64,000 nt of DNA from Candidatus Limiplasma pullicola (GTDB lineage: Bacteria > Bacillota > Clostridia > Christensenellales > Aristaeellaceae). The first letter of the stretch is position 1; each line of letters begins with the position of its first letter. Under the pieces are notes generated by a model. That model was not told where the DNA came from, made no database searches, and saw nothing but the letters and a program-made list of their open reading frames with translations. This document shows, piece after piece, positions 34,555 to 42,631 of this stretch. The stretch is from positions 1,210-65,209 of the forward strand of contig DVIV01000005.1 in assembly GCA_018710985.1 (NCBI GenBank), in the 5' to 3' direction. Position numbers and translations under genes: made by a program.

Positions 34555-36027
34555 GTGCAAAAGAAAAACCTTTGGCAGGAGGCGCTGTACTGGGTAGCGC
34601 TGGCAGCATTGCTGACGGCGGGAGGCTTTCTGCTCTTCACCAATCTGGGCGTGACGGGCATCAGCGATTGCGACGAGGCGCGCCACGGCATCAACGCCTA
34701 TGAGATGATGCAGAGCGGCGATTACGTGGTCACCACCTACCGGGGCGAGCCGGACTACTGGAACCTCAAGCCGCCGCTGACGGATTACTGCATCATGCTG
34801 GGGTACCGGATCTTCGGATACAACGCGCTGGGGCTCAGGTTTTACAGCGCGCTGAGCATGATGCTGACCATGATCGTGCTGGCCCTGTGGACCCGGCGGC
34901 GCTACGGCCGGGTCGCCAGCCTGTGCACGCAGCTGATGCTGCTGGGATGCGGATTCATCTATGGTCCGCATTTCGCCCGCTTCGGCGATGCGGATGCGCA
35001 GATGCTGCTGTTTTACGTGGTGGCCATGATCTGCATGCTGGAAAGCCACCGGCGGCCGCGGCTGCTCTACGGTACCGCCCTGTGCTTCGGCCTGGCGTTC
35101 ATGAGCAAGAGCTGGCATGCCGCTCTCATCCCGGTCACGTGCCTGGTCTACCTGCTGATTACAGGCGAGATCCGCAGGCTCAGGCCACGGCACTATCTGG
35201 GGCTCCTCTCCTTCGGACTGCTTCCCATCGCGCCCTGGGCAATCGCGCGCTATCAGCGGGACGGAATGCTGTTTTTCGAAAAGATGTTCACCATTGATGT
35301 GGTCAAGCGCGCAACGTCCGTCCATGAGGAGCACTGGGGCGGAACGGGATTTTATGTCTCCTACCTGCTTTCGGACAGAACCGTTATCGTGGCGGCGGCT
35401 GTCGTGCTGATCGCCCTCTGCTGGAAGGCAGTACGCCGCCTGCGCATCTCCCGCGACCAATGGGGCATCCTGCTGTGGTTTGCCGTGCCGCTGATACTCT
35501 ACAGCCTGTGTGTGAGCAAGCTGCTGTGGTATATCTATGTGTGCCTGCCGCCGCTGGCTGTCGGATTTGGCATGGCCTGCGGCAAGCTGGCGCGCGGCGC
35601 GCTGCGCTCCGGCTGGAAAGCCCTGCCTCGCCTGGCCTGCCTGGCCGCGGCAGTTGCGCTGATTGTTCCCATGGGCCTGAGGAACTGGCAAAGCGTGAGT
35701 ACCGTCGGCAACGAGGACCGTTACCAGCGCCTGATGTGGGAAATGTTTGACCGTGAGATGGACGCGGGCACGCGCATCTATGTGCAGTATGAATCCGAGA
35801 ATAACTACTACGCGGTGGACTACCGCTCCTGGGTGCAGGACGACGAGCTGACCGCCATGCTCGCGGGGGACCTGGTGTGCCTTAACGGCGGCATTGAGGC
35901 CTTTTGCGAGGAGCAGGAGAGCGCTTACCTCATCTGCCACCAAATCGGCATGGAGTGGGACATTCTGGGCGAATATCCCCTGGTGTATCAGGACGGGCCG
36001 ATCATGCTGGTGGAAAACCTGATGTAA
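34555..36027 (+). CDS. GT-C glycosyltransferase, family 39 / ArnT-PMT-like
   Basis: GTG 34555 behind AAAGGAG. Many TM helices, DEARHG loop after TM1. The upstream part of the 34090 ORF overlaps ribF and is rejected. Confidence 0.7.
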   Translation: MQKKNLWQEALYWVALAALLTAGGFLLFTNLGVTGISDCDEARHGINAYEMMQSGDYVVTTYRGEPDYWNLKPPLTDYCIMLGYRIFGYNALGLRFYSALSMMLTMIVLALWTRRRYGRVASLCTQLMLLGCGFIYGPHFARFGDADAQMLLFYVVAMICMLESHRRPRLLYGTALCFGLAFMSKSWHAALIPVTCLVYLLITGEIRRLRPRHYLGLLSFGLLPIAPWAIARYQRDGMLFFEKMFTIDVVKRATSVHEEHWGGTGFYVSYLLSDRTVIVAAAVVLIALCWKAVRRLRISRDQWGILLWFAVPLILYSLCVSKLLWYIYVCLPPLAVGFGMACGKLARGALRSGWKALPRLACLAAAVALIVPMGLRNWQSVSTVGNEDRYQRLMWEMFDREMDAGTRIYVQYESENNYYAVDYRSWVQDDELTAMLAGDLVCLNGGIEAFCEEQESAYLICHQIGMEWDILGEYPLVYQDGPIMLVENLM

Positions 36028-36032
36028 CCCCC

Positions 36033-36072
36033 AAAAAAGGGAGGCGCCCCGCACGGGACGCCTCCCTTTTTT
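36033..36072. terminator. Bidirectional rho-independent terminator
   Basis: AAAAAA-GGGAGGCG..loop..CGCCTCCC-TTTTTT between convergent genes. Confidence 0.8.
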
Positions 36073-36082
36073 GAAGCCGCAG

Positions 36083-36940
36083 TTACTGGCTGACCGGAGC
36101 AACCGTGATTCTGGGCATAACGGTAGGCGTAGCGGTAGGCGTGGGCGTGGGCTGAAGCAGCTCGTTGAGCTGCAGCACCTGGGCCTCGCTCTCCTCCAAC
36201 GCTTCACCCAATTCTTCCACTTTTGCCTCAAGATCGGTCTTGGAAGCGGTCAATTCTTCCACTTGCTTTTCCAGATTCGCCTTGTCGGAGGTGAGGCCCT
36301 CCACTTTGTCTGTCAACACGGAGCTGCTCTCCTCCAGCGCGCCATATTGCTCCTGCAGGGTGGCAAGCTGGTCGGCCAGATCGCTGGCCTGGGACTGGGC
36401 GGCGGTGAGCTGCGCCTGGGTATCGGCAAGGACCTCCTCCACCTTGGTCAGCGAGGCATCCAGCGCGTTGGCCCGGTCCTGCTCCTCGGTCAGCTGCGAC
36501 TGGGTATCGGTGAGGACCTCCTCCACCTTGGTCAGCGAGGCGTCCAGCGCGTTGGCCCGGTCCTGCTCCTCGGTCAGCTGCGACTGCGTATTCGAGGCGA
36601 GTGTCACGGATTCGGACAGCTGGTTTTCCAGGTCCGCGCGGACGGCTTCGGCGCTTTCCAGCAAGGTGTTGAGCTCGGTGATTTCCTCGTCCTTGGCGTC
36701 GAGCGCGGCGGTCATGGCGGTGAGCTGCTCTTCCAAATCAGCCCCGGAAGCGGTGATCTCCTCAAGCTGGGAGGTGAGCTCCTCAAGCTGGGCGGTGAGC
36801 TCGGCGTTTTGCCCGGCGGTGGTGTTCTTGCCCACAAATCCCACAATGGCCAGCACAACGGCCACGAGCAGCGCAATGCACACGATGTAGAGAGGCGTTT
36901 GGTTCTGGTTCCGGGTAGTCGTTGATTTGGTTTCAGCCAT
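36083..36940 (-). CDS. Membrane-anchored coiled-coil protein with PT-rich tail, unknown function
   Basis: ATG 36940 behind AGGAGG. One TM (LYIVCIALLVAVVLAIVGFVG), then heptad-like E/L/Q/T-rich sequence, then PTPTPTATPT. Confidence 0.7.
   Translation of the reverse strand: MAETKSTTTRNQNQTPLYIVCIALLVAVVLAIVGFVGKNTTAGQNAELTAQLEELTSQLEEITASGADLEEQLTAMTAALDAKDEEITELNTLLESAEAVRADLENQLSESVTLASNTQSQLTEEQDRANALDASLTKVEEVLTDTQSQLTEEQDRANALDASLTKVEEVLADTQAQLTAAQSQASDLADQLATLQEQYGALEESSSVLTDKVEGLTSDKANLEKQVEELTASKTDLEAKVEELGEALEESEAQVLQLNELLQPTPTPTATPTVMPRITVAPVSQ
36416..36583. repeat. Two tandem 84-bp copies (28-aa unit QSQLTEEQDRANALDASLTKVEEVL.DT)
   Basis: 36416..36499 and 36500..36583 differ at 3 positions. 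Confidence 0.9.
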
Positions 36941-37064
36941 AGCGGGTGACCTCCTGTTCAGTTTTTTCAGCCTTTGATTCATTATATCACAGGGAAGTAA
37001 AAAAAGAAAGCGATCCGGCCGTACAGAATATGCCGACGGAGGGAGAAGAACGGCGCACATGCTG

Positions 37065-37093
37065 TTGTAAAATGGCAGAAAACAGGCTACAAT
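37065..37093 (+). promoter_or_regulatory. Sigma-A-type promoter of kdgK
   Basis: TTGTAA, 17 nt, TACAAT. Confidence 0.5.
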
Positions 37094-37143
37094 CATGGCA
37101 TCACGTGCGTCGCGCACAGCGGCACCAAAGGAGGCCAAACCCA

Positions 37144-38223
37144 ATGGAGCATCAAAACCCATTGCCCGCCGGCGGCAAGAAATTCATCACCGTTGGGGAA
37201 ATCATGCTGCGTCTGACACCGCCCAACTATGACAAAATCCGCATGGCCTCCATGTTTGAGGCCAGCTATGGCGGGAGCGAGGCCAACATCGCTCTGGCCC
37301 TGGCCAATCTGGGCGTGGACAGCACGTTTTTCAGCGTAGTGCCTGACAACAGCCTGGGGAAAAGCGCCGTGCGCTGGCTGCGCAGCAATGACGTGCACTG
37401 CGAGCCCATGATTCTCTCCACGCCGGAGGAGACGCCCACGCACCGCCTTGGCACCTATTATCTCGAGACGGGCTATGGCATCCGCGCCAGCAAGGTCATT
37501 TACGACCGCAAACACAGCGTCATCACGGAATACGACTTTTCCGGCCTGGATCTGGACAGGCTGCTGGACGGCTTTGACTGGCTGCATCTGAGCGGCATCA
37601 CGCCCGCGCTGGCGCCCAACTGCCGCCAGCTGGTGCTGGACTGTCTGAAAGCGGCCCGCGCCAGGGGCATGACCATCAGCTTTGACGGCAACTTCCGCAG
37701 CGCCCTGTGGACATGGGAACAGGCGCGGGATTTCTGCACCCTGTGTCTGCCGTATGTCGATGTGCTGCTGGGCATCGAGCCCTACCATCTGTGGCGGGAC
37801 GAAAACGATCACAGCCGGGGCGATGTGAAGGACGGCGTATCCCTGCAGCCCACCTATGAACAGCAGGATGAGATCTTCCAGGCGTTTGTGGCGCGCTATC
37901 CCAACCTGCGCGTGATTGCGCGCCATGTGCGCTATGCCCACAGCGGCAGCGAAAACAGCCTCAAGGCGTACATGTGGTATGAGGGACATACGTTTGAAAG
38001 CCGGACGTTCACCTTCACGATTCTGGACCGCGTGGGCGGAGGCGACGCCTTTGCCAGCGGGCTGATCTATGCCATGCTGCACGGCGACCATCCCATGGAC
38101 ATGCTCAACTTCGCGGTGGCCAGCAGCGTACTCAAGCACACCATCCACGGCGACGCCAACATCACCGACGATGCCTGCGGCATCCGCAACCTGATGAACA
38201 TGAGCTACGACATCAAAAGGTAG
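37144..38223 (+). CDS. kdgK: PfkB-family sugar kinase, 2-dehydro-3-deoxygluconokinase-like
   Basis: ATG 37144 behind AGGAGG. FITVGEIMLRLTPPN, YGGSEANIALALANLG, DRVGGGDAFASGLIYA. Confidence 0.65.
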   Translation: MEHQNPLPAGGKKFITVGEIMLRLTPPNYDKIRMASMFEASYGGSEANIALALANLGVDSTFFSVVPDNSLGKSAVRWLRSNDVHCEPMILSTPEETPTHRLGTYYLETGYGIRASKVIYDRKHSVITEYDFSGLDLDRLLDGFDWLHLSGITPALAPNCRQLVLDCLKAARARGMTISFDGNFRSALWTWEQARDFCTLCLPYVDVLLGIEPYHLWRDENDHSRGDVKDGVSLQPTYEQQDEIFQAFVARYPNLRVIARHVRYAHSGSENSLKAYMWYEGHTFESRTFTFTILDRVGGGDAFASGLIYAMLHGDHPMDMLNFAVASSVLKHTIHGDANITDDACGIRNLMNMSYDIKR

Positions 38224-38308
38224 CGGAAAAATAGCAGTTGACAAGCCTTTGCGCCGCGGGTATACTTGCCGTGTTGCACAAGCACCATCTGGAACGGGAG
38301 GGCTTTTT

Positions 38309-39163
38309 ATGCAGCCGATGATCCTGCAGTCCGACTTCGGGTATGCCGACGGCGCGGTCTGCGCCATGTACGGTGTGGCTGAGAACGTGTGCCCGGAGCT
38401 GCGCGTGTTTGACCTCACGCACGATATCCCGCAGTATGACATCTGGGAGGCCAGCTACCGGCTGATTCAGACGGTGAGCTACTGGCCGGAGGGCAGCGTG
38501 TTCGTCAGCGTGGTAGACCCCGGCGTGGGTTCCACCAGACGCTCCATCGCGGTGCGCACCTGTACGGGCCAGTACGTGATCACGCCCGACAACGGCACCC
38601 TTACGCACGTCAAGCGCATCTGCGGCATCGCACAGGCCCGCGTGATTGATGAAACGGTCAACCGTCTGCCCAATTCCGGTGAAAGCTATACCTTCCACGG
38701 CCGCGACATCTATGCCTACACCGGCGCGCGGCTGGCCAGCGGCGCCATCACCTTTGAGCAGGTGGGGCCTGAGGTCCCGGCGGACAGCGTGATTGAGCTG
38801 CCCGTGGTGGAGGCCGCCATGGAGGGCGACTGCGTCAGCGGCACCATCGACGTGCTGGACGTGCGCTTCGGATCGCTGTGGACCAACATCCCGCGCGAGC
38901 TGTTTCTCAGGCTGGGCCTGAAGCACGGCAACCGCGTCGAGGTGACCATCTCCAACGATACGCGCACGCTGTACAAAAATATCATGGTCTATGCGCGTTC
39001 CTTTGCCGACGTCAACGTGGGCGAGCCGCTTCTCTACGTCAACAGCCTGGACTGCGTGGCCGTGGCCATCAACCAGGGCAGCTTTTCCAAGGCGTACAAC
39101 ATCGGTACCGGCATCACCTGGCGCATTTCGCTGCGCAAGGCCCCGCGCATCATCTATGAATGA
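38309..39163 (+). CDS. SAM hydroxide adenosyltransferase family protein (DUF62, chlorinase/fluorinase-related)
   Basis: MQPMILQSDFGYADGAVCAMYGV.., VSVVDPGVGS.R, ..TPDNGTLT.., FHGRDIYAY. Confidence 0.75.
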   Translation: MQPMILQSDFGYADGAVCAMYGVAENVCPELRVFDLTHDIPQYDIWEASYRLIQTVSYWPEGSVFVSVVDPGVGSTRRSIAVRTCTGQYVITPDNGTLTHVKRICGIAQARVIDETVNRLPNSGESYTFHGRDIYAYTGARLASGAITFEQVGPEVPADSVIELPVVEAAMEGDCVSGTIDVLDVRFGSLWTNIPRELFLRLGLKHGNRVEVTISNDTRTLYKNIMVYARSFADVNVGEPLLYVNSLDCVAVAINQGSFSKAYNIGTGITWRISLRKAPRIIYE

Positions 39164-39226
39164 GCTTCCCCCGCGGGGAGGGTCCCCGCTTGCCATAAAC
39201 CAAAGAGGAAGAGGAGAGGAATCATC

Positions 39227-39775
39227 ATGAAAAACACCTCCATCAAGACCGTGGTCGCCATCGGCATCGGCGCCGCGCTGTTCTTCGTGCTGGGCCGCTT
39301 CGTGGCCATCCCCAGCGGCGTGCCCAACACCAACATCAGCCTGCAGTACGCCGTGCTGGGCCTGCTGGCCGCCATGTACGGCCCCGTCGCTGGCGGCCTG
39401 ATCGGCTTCATCGGCCACACGCTGATCGACCTGAGCTGGGGCGGCAGCCCCTGGTGGAGCTGGGTCATTGCCAGCGCCTTCGTGGGCGTGGTGGTCGGCC
39501 TGTTCGCCAAGAAGATCTCCCTTGAGGAAGGCAACTTCGGCAAGAAGGAAGTCATCACCTTCGCCATCGCCAACGTGGTGGCCAACGTGGTGGCCTGGCT
39601 GGGCATCGCGCCTGTACTGGACATCCTGATCTATGCCGAACCCGCGAGCAAGGTGTTCGCCCAGGGCGCCATGGCGGCTGTGGTCAACTCCCTCACCGCG
39701 GTGATCGTGGGCGCGCTGTTGGCCGCCGCCTACGCCAAGACCATCGCCAAGAAGGGTTCGCTTGACAAGGAGTAA
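39227..39775 (+). CDS. ECF-transporter substrate-specific (S) component, UPF0397-like
   Basis: MKNTSIKTVVAIGIGAALFFVLGRFVAIP..NISLQYAVL..GPVAGGLIGFIGHTLIDL..PWWSWVIAS. About 6 TM. Confidence 0.75.
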   Translation: MKNTSIKTVVAIGIGAALFFVLGRFVAIPSGVPNTNISLQYAVLGLLAAMYGPVAGGLIGFIGHTLIDLSWGGSPWWSWVIASAFVGVVVGLFAKKISLEEGNFGKKEVITFAIANVVANVVAWLGIAPVLDILIYAEPASKVFAQGAMAAVVNSLTAVIVGALLAAAYAKTIAKKGSLDKE

Positions 39776-39784
39776 TTCCCGATT

Positions 39785-39817
39785 CTGAATGGACCGCGCT
39801 CTGCGCGGTCCATTCAG
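39785..39817 (+). repeat. GC-rich hairpin H1 (CTGAATGGACCGCG-loop-CGCGGTCCATTCAG)
   Basis: 14-bp perfect stem directly after the S-component stop. Its core recurs at 39981..40001. Confidence 0.7.
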
Positions 39818-39980
39818 ACTGTCAAAAATCTTTTGGGCGGCTTGGCGGGCCCAAAGGCCCTCCGAGCTTCATTCGTATCGCCCGGCTTTGTCGGGCGGAG
39901 AGCTTGCGCCCCTGGGCGCAAACATTTCTGAAGCATCTGGCGGAAAAGGCCGCCGCAGGCTGACTTTTTCGACACGCTGT

Positions 39981-40006
39981 GGGCCGCGCCCTGCGCGGTC
40001 CATTTT
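39981..40006 (+). promoter_or_regulatory. Hairpin H6 (GGGCCGCG-loop-CGCGGTCC) followed by ATTTTG, just upstream of the ecfA RBS
   Basis: Core GCGC(T/C)CTGCGCGGTCCATT is shared with H1. Lies about 20 nt before GAGGTG/TTG 40027. Confidence 0.45.
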
Positions 40007-40026
40007 GCGCATGCGAGGTGACGACG

Positions 40027-41754
40027 TTGCAGGCCCCCATCATCTCCTTCAAGGACTTTTCCTTCCAATACCGGGCGCAGAAGCAGCCTACGCTGCGCCA
40101 CATCAACCTGGACATCTATCCGGGCGAGCGGGTGCTCATCGCCGGGCCGTCGGGCAGCGGCAAGAGCACGCTGGGCAGCTGCCTGAACGGGCTGATCCCC
40201 TCCAGCTATCCCGGCACGGTCACGGGCAGCCTTACCGTGGACGGCGTGGATGCGCCCAAGGCGGGCGTATTTGAGCTGTCGCGCCATGTGGGCACGGTGC
40301 TGCAGGACCCGGACGGGCAGTTCATCGGCCTGACTGTGGGCGAGGATATCGCCTTTGCGCTGGAAAACGACTGCACGCCGCAGGCCGCCATGCGCGAGGC
40401 GGTGGACCGCGTGGCTGCGCTGGTGGGCGTGGAGAACCATCTGGGCCACGCCCCCCATGAACTCAGCGGCGGACAGAAGCAGCGCGTGAGCCTCGCGGGC
40501 GTGATGGTGGACGAGGTGAAGGTGCTGCTCTTTGACGAGCCGCTGGCCAACCTGGACCCGGCCACGGGCAAGCAGGCCATCGAGCTGATTGACGACATCC
40601 AGCACAGGACCGGCGCCACGGTGGTGATCATCGAGCACCGGCTGGAGGATGTGCTGTGGCGAAGCGTGGACCGCATCGTGTTGATGAACGAGGGGGAGAT
40701 CCTGGCCGACCTGCGGCCGGACGAGCTGCTCTCTGGCAGCCTGCTGAGCGAAAACGGCATTCGGGAGCCGCTGTATCTGACGGCGCTTCGCTACGCGGGC
40801 GTGGAAATCACGCCGGAAAAAAAGCCCGCGCACGTGGACAGCCTGAGGCTGGATGCGGCGGACGCGGCGCGCGTGCGCGCCTGGTTTCAGGCGCGCGTCC
40901 CGGAAGCGGAGCCGCCGGAGCGGCCTGTGCTGTTGGAGGCGCGAAACCTTGGCTTTGGGTATATGAAAGAACGGCGCGTGCTCACGGACGTGAGCTTTGC
41001 CATCCGTCGGGGAGAAATGCTGGCCATCGTGGGTCGCAACGGCGCGGGCAAGTCCACCCTGTCCAAGCTGATCTGCGGGTTTGAGGCGCCAAACGAGGGC
41101 ACGTTGTTTTTCAACGGGCGCGATATGTCCGCAGACAGCATCCGCGAGCGGGCGGCTCATATCGGCTATGTGATGCAAAACCCCAACCAGATGATCTCCA
41201 AGACCATGATCTTTGACGAGGTGGCGCTGGGGCTTGCGACGCTTGGACTAAGCGCGGAGGAAACGCGCGCGCGCGTGGAGGATACCCTGCGCGTGTGCGG
41301 GCTGTATCCGTTCCGCAACTGGCCCATTTCGGCGCTGAGCTTCGGGCAGAAAAAGCGCGTCACGATTGCCAGCGTGCTGGCGATGGGACCGGAGCTGATT
41401 ATCCTGGACGAGCCGACCGCCGGGCAGGATTTCCGGCACTATACGGAGATCATGGAGTTCCTGCGCGGGCTGAACGCCCAGGGCGTAACCGTTGTGATGA
41501 TCACCCACGACATGCACCTGATGCTGGAATACACGCCTCGCGCGCTGGTATTCAGCGAGGGACGGCTCATTGCCGACAAATCGGCCGCCGCCGTGCTGTG
41601 CGATCCGGAGCTGGTCGAGCGGGCGGCGCTCAAGGAAACCAGCCTGTTCACGTTGGCAGGCCGGGCGGGTATCTCGCAGCCGGAAACCTTTGTGGAACGC
41701 TTCATCGCTTACGACAGGGAGGTGCGCAGCCATGGCCGCCACGACGGTGCTTAA
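40027..41754 (+). CDS. ECF-transporter ATPase, duplicated (EcfA-EcfA' fusion, YkoD-like)
   Basis: Two ABC cassettes (GPSGSGKST..LSGGQKQR..LLFDEP and GRNGAGKST..LSFGQKKR..IILDEP). Start uncertain: TTG 40027 behind GAGGTG, while the ORF opens at 39979. Confidence 0.85.
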   Translation: MQAPIISFKDFSFQYRAQKQPTLRHINLDIYPGERVLIAGPSGSGKSTLGSCLNGLIPSSYPGTVTGSLTVDGVDAPKAGVFELSRHVGTVLQDPDGQFIGLTVGEDIAFALENDCTPQAAMREAVDRVAALVGVENHLGHAPHELSGGQKQRVSLAGVMVDEVKVLLFDEPLANLDPATGKQAIELIDDIQHRTGATVVIIEHRLEDVLWRSVDRIVLMNEGEILADLRPDELLSGSLLSENGIREPLYLTALRYAGVEITPEKKPAHVDSLRLDAADAARVRAWFQARVPEAEPPERPVLLEARNLGFGYMKERRVLTDVSFAIRRGEMLAIVGRNGAGKSTLSKLICGFEAPNEGTLFFNGRDMSADSIRERAAHIGYVMQNPNQMISKTMIFDEVALGLATLGLSAEETRARVEDTLRVCGLYPFRNWPISALSFGQKKRVTIASVLAMGPELIILDEPTAGQDFRHYTEIMEFLRGLNAQGVTVVMITHDMHLMLEYTPRALVFSEGRLIADKSAAAVLCDPELVERAALKETSLFTLAGRAGISQPETFVERFIAYDREVRSHGRHDGA

Positions 41755-42565
41755 TTACCTGCCCCGCAAAAGCCCGGTGCACGCCCTCACGGGTGCGACG
41801 AAGCTGGCGTTTTTCCTGCTGTTCACCTTTGCCAGCATGGTCACCTATGACACGCGCGTGCTGCTGGTGCTGATGGTGTTCAGCTTCGCGGCCTTTCGCT
41901 TAAGCCGCATCCGCATCCGCGAGGTGCGCTTCATGCTGGTGTTCATGCTGGTGTTTCTGCTGCTCAACAACTTTTTCATCTACCTCTTCGACCCCGATCA
42001 GGGCACCAAGATCTATGGCACGCGCCATGTGCTTTTGCACATTGCGGGCCGCTACGACGTGACCAGCGAGCAGCTGTTCTACATGCTCAATATCTCCCTG
42101 AAATACTTCGTGGCCCTGCCCGTGGCGATTCTCTTTATCTCCGCCACCAACCCCAGCGAGTTTGCCGCCAGCCTCAATAAAATCGGCGTGCCCTACCGCA
42201 TCGGCTATGCGGTGAGCATCGCGCTGCGCTACATTCCGGACATTCAGCGCGACTATCACAACATCAGCCAGGCCCAGCAGGCCCGCGGTGTGGAGCTGGG
42301 CAAGAAGGAAAAGCTGGTCAAGCGCCTCAAAAACAGCGTGAGCATCCTCCTGCCGCTGATCATGTCCAGCCTGGCCAGGGTGGATGTGATCTCCAACGCC
42401 ATGGAGCTGCGCGGCTTCGGCAAGCACAAGAAGCGCACCTGGTACGTCGAGCGGCCCTTCCGAAAGGGTGACTGGATCGCACTGGGACTGGGCGCGGCGC
42501 TGCTGGCCATGAGCCTGATCGTGACCTTCTGGGACGGGAACCGGTTTTACAATCCGTTTGTGTGA
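41732..42565 (+). CDS. ECF-transporter transmembrane (T) component
   Basis: ATG 41732 behind AGGGAGG, overlapping the ecfA end. ..ARGVELG.., ..AMELRGFG.. (EcfT signature Ala-Arg-Gly regions). Confidence 0.8.
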   Translation: MAATTVLNYLPRKSPVHALTGATKLAFFLLFTFASMVTYDTRVLLVLMVFSFAAFRLSRIRIREVRFMLVFMLVFLLLNNFFIYLFDPDQGTKIYGTRHVLLHIAGRYDVTSEQLFYMLNISLKYFVALPVAILFISATNPSEFAASLNKIGVPYRIGYAVSIALRYIPDIQRDYHNISQAQQARGVELGKKEKLVKRLKNSVSILLPLIMSSLARVDVISNAMELRGFGKHKKRTWYVERPFRKGDWIALGLGAALLAMSLIVTFWDGNRFYNPFV

Positions 42566-42631
42566 AAAAAGAGCTGCGGGGCGCGGTCCGAAGGGGCTGC
42601 GCTCCATTCCTTTATGCCGCGCCCCGTTCCT

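Noticed and set aside
39789-40274. 161-aa ORF starting in the ECF intergenic spacer
   Set aside because: It is out of frame with the ABC ATPase it overlaps and has no RBS. Its N-terminus is just the translation of the GC hairpins (MDRALRGPF..).
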